A stretch of DNA of 64,000 bases from Octopus vulgaris (Eukaryota). Where the stretch lies: assembly GCA_951406725.2 (NCBI GenBank), contig OX597842.1:3968001-4032000 (forward strand). The letters run 5' to 3'. The notes beneath the pieces are model-generated. The model saw only the letters and a program-made list of their open reading frames with translations, searched no databases and had not been told where the DNA came from. Positions within the stretch are counted from its first letter, which is position 1. Every line of letters starts with the position of its first letter. Shown one piece after another: positions 28,466 to 41,614 of this stretch. The translations under genes were made by a program, and so were the position numbers.

Positions 28466-28843
28466 CAAAAGGCAGAAGATAAAACGTTGAAGAAACAATA
28501 GGCGATATTTATCGCTTAAGACACAAGCCTTGCCATTGACTGCGATCCTCCACTTTCGCATAAATAAACACATCCATGCTTCTATGTTTACAGAACAGAT
28601 AAAGAATGCAATAGCCAGAAACACATGTTATGTATTACGCAACAGAGGTATGCGGAGTCGTGTTCTATGATATCATGCTGCTGATGCTATTTTCAGTACT
28701 ATGAAATGTTATCCCGTGGCTTCGCTTTGAGTCCCATTGCGCAACACCCTTGGGCAAGTAACATCTACTGAAACGCTCGTGCCGACCACAGCTTTATGAG
28801 TGGATTTCATTGACAAAACTGAAAGAAACCCGTTGTATATTTA

Positions 28844-29540
28844 CGAGGTTTGATCAATAAGTATCCGGACAGTTGCCATAATAACGAAGCTAAAACACGC
28901 AGAGAGAAGCCGCTTGGTAGAGATTGATCTTGAACTCTGCTGTGCATGCGTATTAAGTTTTAACGTTCTAAGTCACTTCCGCTGTTTAGAGCAGTGCATT
29001 GTTTGGAAGGAACGTGTGTAGCATGTGATCGTTGCATTGACCATTATAAAGAAGTTGTCATCGTGACACCTACTCAGAGGCCTACGCAAGTTTACAGAAA
29101 ATGTGTAGAGAGGGGTGTATGAGCCGCACACAAGTATATGAGTGGTTTAGACGTTTCCAAGATGGCTGAAAAATGTCGATATTGACGAAGGTTCTGCGAG
29201 ACCCGCAACCAGCAAAACCGAGGAAAACATCGCAGGTGTGCGTGCAGCTGTGGGGGGAAATCGACGATTCACCAATTGTAAGTTATCAGAGGATGTTCAG
29301 ATTTGTTACAGTTCAGTTTAGTCCAATATTACTGAAGATTTGGGTATGAGACGCGTGTCTGCCAAGTTTGTGCCAAAACTGCTTCCAGTTGACCAAAAGA
29401 CAGTTGGGTTTCTGTTACACAAGATCTCTTTGATTGTGAAAACTTTGCCTAGGCCTCTGGAGCAGGTATCACCAAGCTTTTGGCAAAATTTTATGCAGAT
29501 TCTCTGTTCAACTTTCTTTGTCATGGTCAATGCGATGATC
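28844..29540 (+). mobile_element. Second copy of the mariner fold-back element, truncated on the right
   Basis: TA-CGAGGTTTGATCAATAAGTATCCGGA terminus; QVYEWFRRFQDG and LGMRRVSAKFVPKLL on +; inverted EQRICIKFCQKLGDT on -. Confidence 0.85.
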
Positions 29541-29911
29541 AAATAAAAATAATTTTTTGCATAATCGTATCAATTCCATTATACAGAAGACAAAATCAAA
29601 AAAAGTTTGTAAAAATTCGAAAAAAAATTTCACGCGCTTATATCATAATTCCGCCAATCGGGCGTTCTGCCAATTGTTTTTATTAAGGCTTATGTTTATT
29701 TGTGTGTTATTTTCTCAGTTAATATATTTTATTAATTCATCATCGTTTTTTAAATATCAAATACATGTTCTGCTAATAACTGTTTTCTGGTATTTCATCT
29801 TCTAGGTCCCTGCTTTATCGGATCATTAGTAATATATTTACGTATTACATCCACGAAATCCCGGATTGCTATTTTTGACAATGTTTTTTTGTGGTTTCCT
29901 TATATTATATA

Positions 29912-29958
<47 letters not shown>

Positions 29959-29961
29959 TAC

Positions 29962-30032
<71 letters not shown>

Positions 30033-30040
30033 GATGTCTG

Positions 30041-30123
<83 letters not shown>

Positions 30124-30146
30124 CGTGTGTGTGTGTGAGCGTGTGT

Positions 30147-30447
30147 AGAGGCGCAATGGCCTGGTGGTTAGGGCAGCGGACTCGCGGTCGGAGGATCGCG
30201 GTTTCGATTCCCAGACAGGGCGTCGTGTGTGTTTATTGAGCGAAAACACATAAATGCTCCACGAGGCTCCGGCAGGGGGCGGTGGCGACCCCCGTTGTAC
30301 TCTTTCGCCACAATTTTCTCTCACTCTCTCTTCCTACTTCTTGAGTAACGCAGCGATGGACTGGCGTCCCGTCCGGCTGGGGGGAACATATACGCCGCAG
30401 AAACCGGGTAACATGGCCCATGAGAATAGCTAGGCTTGAAAAGGGCG
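30147..30447 (+). mobile_element. SINE family C (tRNA head, V-domain-like GATGGACTGGCGTCCCGTCC tail)
   Basis: TGGCCTGGTGGTTAGGGC A box and GGTTTCGATTCC B box; second copy at 56295-56562. Confidence 0.85.
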
Positions 30448-30456
30448 ACGTTTCAC

Positions 30457-30523
<67 letters not shown>

Positions 30524-30525
<2 letters not shown>

Positions 30526-30606
30526 GGAGTAAACACATAAATGTGAAACAAGGTGGAAAAAAGAGTACTCAAATACCAGTGGTAGAGTAATATGCTTTAA
30601 ATAAAG
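30524..30606 (+). repeat. 83-bp (TA)n-embedded repeat G
   Basis: One mismatch versus 46152-46234, with identical ends. Confidence 0.9.
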
Positions 30607-30662
30607 TATATATATATATAGCAATTGCAGCTTCGAAGATATTTGTTATCCATTCACGGAAA

Positions 30663-30860
30663 AGAAAAAAACCTTTAGATTCACTTCAACATTTAATTTT
30701 CAAAAACAATTGCAGCGTGGAGGATGTTTGTATGAACACATGCTTCGTCCTGCATAGATGCAGCACAAGGTTTTGTCAGCGAACAGGTCGCAGTTTCAGA
30801 GCGATGAAAATATTTTGACACAAATTAAATTTAAATGTTTAAGTGAACCTAACGTTTTTT
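30663..30860. mobile_element. Small MITE with ~30-bp imperfect TIRs
   Basis: AAAAAACCTTTAGATTCACTTCAACATTTAA versus TTAAATGTTTAAGTGAACCTAACGTTTTTT. Confidence 0.6.
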
Positions 30861-30959
30861 GTGTGTTCTTAAATGGTTTACAATCATCTTCCACACTGCA
30901 ATTGCTTTTTCTTCAGCACACGATCTCAGATCAAGTCACTTGCTATGCAAGTACAGCTC

Positions 30960-31272
30960 ATTTGGACGTACATTACACTATACTAGTTTCCCTGAATTTT
31001 ACACATCGAATAATAGTGAGACAATATGGCATCTCGGCAGAAATTATACACACTCAATTGAGGATATCTAGAGCTTTACTATATCATATTCCCGGAGATA
31101 TGAAGATATGAAGACTATTAATGGTACAGTTTGCCATAGTTACAAAGAGGCTTCAATGAAACTGGGTTTAGCGCATGATGACCGTGAATACTATCGGACT
31201 ATGGATATTGCAAATATTTCAGCAACTCCATATCAGATGTGAAGACTTCTCTGCTCCAGTCTTAATTACTGC
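30960..31272 (+). mobile_element. Helitron RepHel coding remnant
   Basis: RTLHYTSFPEFYT.. then LLYHIPG..EDMKTINGTVCHSYKEASMKLGLAHDDREY..PYQM*RL, matching Helitron LLLHV.G..SFEDLRTVNG....TF.EAC..LGLL.DD.EW. Confidence 0.8.
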
Positions 31273-31353
31273 ATTTTATATGTATATATGTTAGAATGTA
31301 AAATGCGCTATCTTAAAGATAGCGTGTTCTTTCTAGTATATTATAAATATATA

Positions 31354-31412
<59 letters not shown>

Positions 31413-31554
31413 AAATGGATAAATGAATTATCTTGTTACGGATTATTCAAATGATAACCGATACCTGGGTAGCAAAAATCACAACAGAAAAATCACGGTT
31501 GAGGTTACGACCATGGGGTCTCAAACCCGTGCCTTAGTGCGGAAATTTGAAGTT

Positions 31555-32422
31555 TATATATTTAGTGTAGGAAGAAATGGAGCTGAACGAAGATTTAACA
31601 AAATTCCTTTTTATTATTTTCTACATATGTTTCAAAGGCTGCAAAGTCCCTAATTCGGATTGAATAAGGAGACCCTTTTACAGCTTTCTCTTCAGGAAAA
31701 TCCAGGAACTTAAATCTCCAACAAAATGCACATCAAGCTTTTCGACAAACGCTCGCGAGGAGCCCATGGGATAAATGGCACAGAACTGTCTCTCAATATG
31801 CGTTGCCGCCAGGCTGGGTGAAAGCCGACGAAAAAGTCCGTTGAGATAAATCAAGGTCAAAATCCGGCTAACAGAGGGGAGGGTTACAGGAAAATCAAAG
31901 AGTGTCAATGTATTCTGTATGACTGGTGTTAATATTCGAATTGTTTTAAGAATGAGTGCTATAGTGTTTGGGTGTGAGAAATTGCCTACATGTATGTGTG
32001 TGCGCGCCTATGTATGTGTGGCAGTGTGTTTAGAAGGCTGCAAGGGAGAGAGATATAGCAGCTATTAATGGTCAAGCAGCTGAAAAAAAACTGTGCCTAT
32101 GTGTTCGTCTGTAACCAGTTGATAGAGGGATGGAATGTCAAACAATGGGAGGATACAGTGACACCCTGACAGCAGTTCTAGATAAGTAGCAGTTCTTACG
32201 CTAATAGGGGAGTGATTTCCCCTTACAAATTTAATTCAAAATTTTTTTTCCTTTTCTTAGGAAATCAAGGGGTTAACTATCTTAGGCTTCATTGGAATGC
32301 AAGAAATGTGTGCCGCTTCCAGTGCGGGCATCTAAAAGAATTTTGCACAATCGAGTAAACAAGTTGCTCTCGGGCGAACAGAATATGAAATAGTTCCGAG
32401 TTGCAAAGATTTCTTCCTACAC

Positions 32423-32432
<10 letters not shown>
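31555..32432 (-). mobile_element. Hammerhead-bearing segment bounded by a 24-bp inverted repeat (Penelope-like derivative)
   Basis: TATATATTTAGTGTAGGAAGAAAT (31555-31578) is inverted at 32409-32432, next to (TA)n. Confidence 0.55.
31616..31701 (-). ncRNA. Type I hammerhead ribozyme, canonical core, extended stem II
   Basis: Minus strand reads AUUUUC-CUGAAGA-GAAAGCUGUAAA...UUUGCAGCCUUU-GAAA-CAUAU-GUA-GAAAAU: 6-bp perfect stem I, 11 of 12 pairs in proximal stem II, palindromic ACAUAUGU stem III. Confidence 0.85.
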
Positions 32433-32479
<47 letters not shown>

Positions 32480-32482
<3 letters not shown>

Positions 32483-32643
32483 CGTAGTAGTGGCTGTGTG
32501 GTAAGTAGCTTGCTTACCAATTACATGGTACCGAGTTCAGTTCCACTGCGTAGCACCTTGGGCAAATGTCTTCTATTATAGCCTCGGGCCGACCAAAGCC
32601 CTTGTGAGTGGATTCAGTAGTCAGAAATTAAAGGAAACCCGTC
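32480..32643 (+). mobile_element. SINE family B, 5' half
   Basis: Matches the head at 13650. Confidence 0.85.
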
Positions 32644-32695
<52 letters not shown>

Positions 32696-33753
32696 AATTG
32701 GACATGGGCGATCATTGAATTCTTTCTTGTCTTGAGGTTCACAGCCAAACGGCTGGGTGGATTCACATGAAAAATGGCACACATGTGGAGACGGGTACAT
32801 AAATTGGAATGCAGTTTGTATTTTTTTCCTAGCCCTCATACTTACCAAGAAAATTAATTAAAACTTTTCTAATAGAATTCTCCTGTTTGTTCCGCCATTG
32901 AAACAACCAGTTGCTCACACAACCATTTCGCTAGTAACAAGGGGAGTAAAGGATGACAGTCAGCCAAATCTTTCGCTATGCTGTCTCTCTTCTTTCACCT
33001 CTCTGTAAAAAGTTTGCTTCTCAACCACATGGTTTTAGGTTCAGTCCCAACGTGTGGCACCTTGGGAAAGTATCTTCTACTAAAGCCTCTGGATGACCAA
33101 AGCCTTTTGTGTGAATTTTGTAGATGGAAACTGAAAGAAGCCGTCATATGTGTGTGTGTGCGTATGTACGTGCGTGTATGTTTGTGTGTGTGTGTGTGTG
33201 TGATTGAGTGAGAGAGAGAGAGAGAATGGGTACGTGTGCGTATGTACGTAGGTGTTTGTCCTCCACCATCGTTTGGCAGCCAGTGTTAGGTTCTTTACGT
33301 CCACGCAACTTAGCAGTGCAGCAAAATGAAAATAAATATTTGAGTCGATTCGTTCGGATAAAACCGTTGAATGCGGTGCACCAGCGTGACCGCAGATCAG
33401 TGGCTTCAACAAGCATACATTAGACATAAAAGATACATGTATGCGTATACACACACATATATAACATATATAAATATACACAGCTATTAAGTACATAAAT
33501 AGACATAAATATTTATATAAATACATACAAAAAAGCACACACACACATAGTTATTGCTATATTTACGCTTTTACGGAGTTATGGTTTCATTTATTATTTC
33601 TTTTTTAAACTGCTAATTCTTGCTAAACATCCAGTATTTGTATTTCTTATATGTGTGTGCACGTGTGCATTTGTGTGTATAATGTGCGTGTGAGTATATA
33701 TATTGTTTTTTTCATATACACTCATATACCATTTTATCCATCCATCCATCCAT

Positions 33754-33793
<40 letters not shown>

Positions 33794-33812
33794 GTGTTCG
33801 CGTGTATATGTA

Positions 33813-33878
<66 letters not shown>

Positions 33879-33973
33879 TACTTCGAAAGAAGAAAAATTT
33901 TATACCAGAAAATCCAGCAGGATTTTCCAGTTAATTCCGAGCAGCATATAAACATCAACAACAGTGACTTCAT

Positions 33974-34008
<35 letters not shown>

Positions 34009-34788
34009 GCATTATATATAATACATATTATGAATGTATATGCATATATTGATTATGTGTATGTATGTGTGATGTGTGTATGTGTGTATGTGTCTGTCTG
34101 TATATACTCGTACATATATAATTCCCTTTACACACACGCTGCAACATTACATTACATGAAACCATGAAATCCCAACATGCCAACATCCCATAAAAGCACC
34201 TTACAGTTCCCAACATACCCACCACCCCCGAAAATTCCAGACCCAACCCCAGCTATTTTTCTAAACCTACCATTCAGCAATACTGTTGGATTATGGTAGA
34301 GAATTACGTCAGTCGCTCTACAGCTTAGAATCACAGAGAATGACGTCAAATATCTAAGTTAAGTCCTGCCTAACTTTATATACATAAACACTGATTGTTG
34401 AGCTGTAACATGGCTCATGTATTTGTTGTTGTTGTAGGTACATTCTTTGCTTTTGTCGATGTAGCCTCCGTCGTCGATGTTATTGGTGCTTGTAGTTGTC
34501 GTTGTAATTGTTGTATTTGTATGATTCCGTATACTTATATATTTACAAAAAAATTTATATTTTTTTTAAAACAACACATTTTATATATTGTGACTGCGTG
34601 TATAAGTGTATAACTATATTTACGTATACAAATGTTTAGTACACATATGTCTCTGTGTGTGCATGTATTTATTCCCCTCATGCAATTCTATAAACGATTA
34701 ATGCTTGTTTACACTACATACATATATACATACATATATATGTATATTCATATGCATATACACACATACACATATATCTATCTATCTA

Positions 34789-34841
<53 letters not shown>

Positions 34842-34988
34842 ACACACACACATATGCTGTAGATGGATAATATGCATGACAGAAAAAAAATCGGGTGCAA
34901 ACTGGTGCAATGGAGGATATATATATATACGACTCTGTGGGAGGGTGATATATACATGTGTGCTCCTGAGTGCATGTGCATATATATG

Positions 34989-35021
<33 letters not shown>

Positions 35022-35078
35022 ATGTGTGTGTGTATATGTATATATGCATATCCAGATATACATATATGACACATGTAG

Positions 35079-35115
<37 letters not shown>

Positions 35116-35247
35116 CATACAAATATACATGCATGTTATATGTACATATATACATATATACACACATATACAGATACATATATACACACATGCAGATAAT
35201 ATATGTATGCGCAAACACATACATGCATTTATGCATACATACATACA

Positions 35248-35281
<34 letters not shown>

Positions 35282-35510
35282 CATACATACATACATACAT
35301 ACATGCATGCATACATACACACATACATACATACATACATTCATACATAAATACATACATAAATACATACATACATACATACATACATACAGATACATAC
35401 ATACACACATACATACATACATACAAACATAGATTCTTACATACATACATACATACATACATACAGATACATACATACACACATACATACATACATACAA
35501 ACATAGATTC

Positions 35511-35541
<31 letters not shown>

Positions 35542-35559
35542 CATACATACATACATACA

Positions 35560-35593
<34 letters not shown>

Positions 35594-35950
35594 ACCGTAT
35601 ATATTTGCGTTCACCTGTTTTCATTTTTGTTGAAAGATCGTTTTTGCAATTCAGCTGAGTTTGGAGTAAAGCTGTCGTTAAGTTACGTATTTCTGCGACT
35701 GGAGACGGCGTATACGTATCTGTGCATGTATGAGAATGTATGTAAATGCATATTTGTATTTACTGTATATATGTTTGTTTTTAAGTCAGGTTATATACAA
35801 AAAATTTTTAACATTATACAGAAGGATCTCCCAATACTTTGGAGAAAGCATATTTGTTAAACTTTTACAAGATCGATAATAATGACTCCGACATTCACCG
35901 TGCTACTATTCTTCAGAATGTATATACATACATGCCAATATATATACATA

Positions 35951-35990
<40 letters not shown>

Positions 35991-36258
35991 TATACATACA
36001 TATATACATAAACATACATACTTACATATATACATATACACAAATACATACATAGATATACATACATATGCATACATATACATACGTACATACACACATA
36101 CATACATACGCATTGAGTCGACCCAGGGGCAGCTGATGAAGGGGAATATTCTTTGTATTGTTTGTCTTGTACTCTGTTTTTTCGTTGTTAAAAAATGTCC
36201 GTTTCCTTGTTTGATTTTATGTTTTCGTTTCTCTTTGTGTTCTACGTTTATTTGTGGT

Positions 36259-36766
36259 ATGGCCTGGTCAGCCTGTAATGACATGCATAAGATCTGGTCA
36301 TCAAATCTAAGTAGAGACTTCAAACTTGAAATCTTCAAAGCCACAGTCGAACCAATTCTACTATATGGCTCAGAAACCTGGACGTTATCAAAGAAGCTTG
36401 AGAGGCGGTTGGATGGAACCTACACTCGCCTCCGTATGAGAGCTCAAAATCTCTCGTGGAAGCACCATCCAACCAAAATGCAAATATATGGGAAACTACC
36501 ACCTGTGTCATCTCTTGTGAAAGGTAGGAGAGTCCAGTTTACTGGACATTGTTGTAGAGCTGAAAAAGAGATAATTTCTACTCTTCTCCTCTGGAAGCCA
36601 TCTACTTGCAATACCAGAGGGCGCACACTCTCCTACCCTGATGTAATCTCCAGGGATACAGGCATCCAGCAACAGGACCTCCGTAATGTCATGATGGACC
36701 GTGAAGTCTGGTGTAACATGGTAAATTGCATTGTCTCGACCACGTTCGAACAATGATGAATGATGA
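36259..36766 (+). mobile_element. 5'-truncated RTE/RTEX-like LINE with (TGA)n tail and TSD
   Basis: Open frame [32 protein letters not shown] stops at 36756; TGATGA tail; TGTGGT at 36253-36258 and 36767-36772. Confidence 0.9.
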
Positions 36767-36880
36767 TGTGGTGTCCTGTACTCATATATATATATATATA
36801 TATATGCATGTATATATACATATAGATGTAGGTATGTGCATATATGTATGTACGCATATGTTTTATTTATTAAATTGTTA

Positions 36881-36911
<31 letters not shown>

Positions 36912-37444
36912 CATACATGCATGCATACATACATACATACATACATACATACATACATACATACATACATACATACATACATACATACATTCATACATAC
37001 ATTCATACATACATAGCGGACTCGAGGCGTGGGAGACTCTTTATCGAAAATGCGATGAGTACTATCCCCAACTTTAGAGCCATAACTATCAGCCTTGTTA
37101 AAAAATTGGTTAATCTTGAGATGAATTAACTGCGGGAGCCTTTTATTCATGACTGAAACTTGAATTTAGTGTGCAGAGAGTTACTACAAACAATAAGGTT
37201 GGACACAACATCAGCAACACAACCGACGAACAGAACAAAAAGAACAGCTCAACAGGTAAACAAATTCATTCTAGCTGTAGTTATAGAAGAAACCGAAATT
37301 ATAAAACACATTTCTCTTGGAGTTATGAATTGGATAATGATGTATTTAACTGCTACGAAAAAGCGAAACAAAATCCGGCTGCTGGCTATATGAAGCGATT
37401 GAAATCACATTGGGACGATCTGAATCCAGAATTAAATCATTTTA

Positions 37445-37688
37445 TTTTTTTTTTATTTCTTTATTGCCCACAAGGGGCTAAACATAGAGGGGACAAACAA
37501 AGACAGACAAATGGATTAAGTCGATTACATTGACCCCAGTGTGTAACTTCTACTTTATTTATCGACCCCGAAAGGATGAAAGGCAAAGTCGACCTCGGCG
37601 GAATTTGAACTCAGAATGTAGCGGCAGACGAAATACCGCTGAGCATTTTGCCCAGCGTGCTAACGTTTCTGCCAGCTCGCCGCCTTAT
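37445..37688 (-). mobile_element. SINE A inserted into the R4-like ORF with a 13-bp TSD
   Basis: TTAAATCATTTTA at 37432-37444 and 37689-37701; excision restores ELNHFTANQL. Confidence 0.9.
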
Positions 37689-37979
37689 TTAAATCATTTT
37701 ACTGCGAATCAACTAAGCCAACAGGCAACATTTGTAGAACACAGAAAGAAGGTTAGTAACAATAACTTCATTAAAATATCGAAAATTAACCTTCTTCCCA
37801 ACACTGTAAACAAAAGCGAAGACGAGAATGATATAAGACCACCACGTGGTTTCAAAGCTATCGACATTCCAACAGATTCCTTAATACCTGCCAGCCAAAC
37901 TACATTACTGGCCCAAGTAAGTGACCCATGTCCCCCTAATGCAACTATGGTAAACAGCAGGCACCACCGCAACGATTAT

Positions 37980-37980
37980 T

Positions 37981-38063
<83 letters not shown>

Positions 38064-38079
38064 AGTGATAGTGCTAGTG

Positions 38080-38156
<77 letters not shown>

Positions 38157-38177
38157 GGTGGTGGTGGTAGTAGTAGT
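37980..38177. repeat. (AGT)n/(GGT)n expansion inside the R4-like relic
   Basis: Direct reading. Confidence 0.95.
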
Positions 38178-40376
38178 CAAGATCATATACCGGTGAAATG
38201 TGCCATTACTGAAATTTTCCGAGAACAAATAACTTTGGCTTTGAAGTACTCTCTCGGGGAGAGAGTATTCTCTACCAAAGTAAGTAAAAAAAAAACCCAC
38301 CAGATACGGTATTCAAAACTGTTAACGAAATTGGTGATGAGTATTTACTACAGTGTGATGAACCCACATTCTGGCAGATTAACGCCTGTCTGTATTGTTC
38401 TGGCTCCAACTGTAAAACAGTACATGAATGATATTCAAAAAGTAAACGAAACCGAAATAACAAAGAAAGTATCATCATGGGTTTTGAAGGCAGAGAAAAA
38501 GATATCTGGTTTACAGAAGACCATCAGTCATGTAATGATGCTTATTGCATGCAAACAAGAAAATCACTATACATCCCGCCAACGGAAAATACAGAAGGAG
38601 ATAGGAATGATGTTTAGAGACAGCAAAAAGAGGACACTCACTTGCAAACTGATTACCCTCAAGCAGGAGCTAAAAGCTGTCAGTGAGAACCTCCGACATC
38701 AGAAGAGAATAACCGAGAGAAGAACAATAAATAAAACATTTAATTGCAACCAGCCAGCGGTATACAGAGACACGAGAGGAGTAGTAGTGAACATCATGGA
38801 AGCTCCTTCACGAGGAAAATCTACAGTGAAGAGAAGGAGTTTAACCAAGATACTCTGTGGCTGGAAGAAATCCGAAGAAGTTATTGCTCCTGGATTACAT
38901 CCAAGACATACAACATTGATGGTGAAATTCTTGCAACTGTGATCCAGAAAGTGTGGGATGGAAAAGCACCTGGAAGAGAATTGATTGTTGGTACAAGAAG
39001 CTAATATTCTACCGACCAAGCGGTACAAGCAAGCTCTCACTAGCAACAGTAGCATACCACAATGGTTAGCTCTGGCAGAGACAAAGCTGATTCCCAACTA
39101 TAGAACCACCTACATGGCAAAAAACTATGCATAAATACATAGAATTTAATAAAATTAAAACAGATGGACCCATTAGTATAATTTTACCTAAAACCTTCAA
39201 GAAGGTAAGGAGAAAGACAAAGAACTTGCTGCCTTCACTTCAGCTTAGAAGCTACTAAGGTATCAGGAAGAAAGACTTGTTACAGATTTTGCTTGTCACT
39301 GTTTTATGGGGTCAGTTTTAATTTATAGACTAGTTTATCAAATCTTTGTATATCTAAGGCCAAAAGAACAAGGAGTAGTGCCTGTTAGGAAGGGTACTGA
39401 GGGAGTCGACAGAAATCATAGTGGGTATAGTCATAAAAAACTATCAAGATTTATTTGAAGCAATATAATGAGATTTGGTAAAGGAAATCTTAAATCAAGA
39501 TGTTAGCTTGACAATTAAAGGGGCAAGCTGATAGTAGACCATTGATAATGAAACAGGAGAAATGTTATCATGTGGTACTATAGTTAAATATTTTAAACAA
39601 TATTGTCATATTGTATAAAGTTAAAGTTTAGAATTATTCAGAAGATTATTAAGAAAAATGTTATAAACAAAAGGATAAAAAGTTTTCTTGAATACTTTTG
39701 AGTATATACCAAACTTTTTATCCTAAACTAAAAATTATATTTTTACTTATTTAGCTAGTATCAATAAAGGCTTATACCTGGTATTAGCTAAAGGAATATT
39801 GATGTTATAGGACATTCGAATTTTATACTAATTTTAAAACTAAGAGGAATGTTATAGATTTTAGAAGTTGTTAGTGTTACTTCATACTCCATTCCCCATA
39901 CATGATATTTAAAGTTTCTTAGGGGTACTTAATTAGAAGGCTTACTTATATAAAGGGCCTTATAAATACTATGATCAGGAGGGTAGAACACTATAACATC
40001 AATATTCCTTTAGCTAATACCAAGTATCAGTCTTTATTGATACTAGCTTTGTCTTCTTCTCATTGGTTTATATATATACCAATGAGAAGAAGACAAAGAA
40101 AATTCTTTAACACATCTTTGACAGTAAGTTACAAATATTTTCGGACTATTTCCATTTGCAACTCCACTTTGCACGAAAATTCTAAAAGAAAAATGAATGG
40201 TTTTAGGCACTGGAGAGGCACTCCCCCAGACTTGCATCAAATGTGTGCTATTACACTGTGCGTCTTACAGACCTTGTTGTTAGGAAAACATAGAGAGGAA
40301 ATAAAAAAAAGAAAATTTATAAGTGTGTATGTGGGATGAGTCTGTGAGGAAGGCATTATATGGTGGGGGAAATATC

Positions 40377-40464
<88 letters not shown>

Positions 40465-41037
40465 TGTAGATGGTATCACCTCTGTATCATACTACGTGTA
40501 TTATGATACATACCGCTGGAAGGCTGATACTAGGAAATTGAATGAGATAAAATCTCTACCTAGACTCGTGTTAAAAAAAACACGATATACATCGCTTTGT
40601 TATCGAAGCGAGACGCACTTCGCGGCCGCGTTGACTCATAAGAACGACAGATGCGTTTCGCCTTTGCTAAGGCTTGTTAACACCATGCGTTACTTAATTG
40701 TCACCTGCATCAACGAAATTCGTGTCACGATGGTTAGAAAGCATTCAGTTAAACAGTTGGAATAAATGCTCTCTCAGTTCTGCAGACTGAATTTATAGAT
40801 CTGGTATGTATCTTTTATCGTTTACTCCTTTCAGTAATTAGCCTGCGGACATACTGTGGCACGGTCTTGAAGAATTTGAGTCGAGTGAATCGATCCCAGT
40901 ACTTATGTTGTTTTTTTCTTTTTTTATTTTATTTTTTCTTTTCATCCTGGTACTTATTCTATCAGTTTCTTTTGCCGAACCGCCATTTTACGTGGACGCA
41001 AACACACCAAGGCAAGTTGTCAAGCAGTAGTGAGGAA

Positions 41038-41084
<47 letters not shown>

Positions 41085-41114
41085 TTACATACATACATGC
41101 ATATAAAATAAATA

Positions 41115-41360
41115 ATTGCGCCCTTTTTAAAGCCTAGCCAGGCTCATGGGCCCGGTTTCCCAGTTTCTATGGCGTATGTGTTCCCCAGCTGGACGGGGCG
41201 CCAGTCCATTGCAGCGTTACTCATCTTTGCCAGCTGGACTAGAGCAACGTGAAATGAAGTGTTTCGCTCAAGAACACTACGTGTCGCCCGGTCCAGGAAT
41301 CGAAACCACAATCTTACAATCATGATGCTGACACCCTAACCACTAAGCCACGCGCCTCCG
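41115..41360 (-). mobile_element. SINE family D (tRNA head GGAGGCGCGTGGCTTAGTGGTTAGGG, V-like tail)
   Basis: Matches 57450-57642; tail shared with SINE C at 30345-30447. Confidence 0.85.
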
Positions 41361-41528
41361 ACATACATGCATATATATATATATATATATATCACGTGAT
41401 CACGTGACCGACCAGGCTATCAGATGTTGCTACACATCGCTGATCACAATGCGCTTCACATTGTTTTAGCCTTCAAATGACGCCACCCCGCTGACTAAGC
41501 GAGCAGGCCAATATATATATATACATAC

Positions 41529-41598
<70 letters not shown>

Positions 41599-41614
41599 AT
41601 GTATATATATATAC

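Larger units (their letters stand above)
37016..39130 (+). mobile_element. Decayed R4/Dong-like non-LTR retrotransposon, 5' portion
   Basis: GYMKRLKSHW..TANQLSQQA; LKQELKAVSENLRHQKR..INKTFNCNQPAVYR; WLEEI; KAPGRELIVG; IPQWLALAETKLIP. These resemble pre-RT/RT-start motifs of R4-clade ORFs and are frameshifted. Confidence 0.75.

Noticed and set aside
35839-36756. 305-aa ORF as a gene
   Set aside because: Microsatellite, repeat H and a truncated LINE 3' end joined in frame by chance.
37016-37130. HDV-like ribozyme at the 5' end of the R4-like element
   Set aside because: I could not build a consistent P1-P4 double pseudoknot by eye; it needs a motif search.
37530-38942. 470-aa ORF as a host gene
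   Set aside because: Chimera of an antisense SINE, a microsatellite expansion and a frameshifted R4-like ORF.
39971-40339. Possible Gypsy-like RT remnant or 122-aa gene
   Set aside because: Only a faint resemblance (LANTKY..IPM..YKYF..KMNG) needing several frameshifts; not supportable without a profile search.
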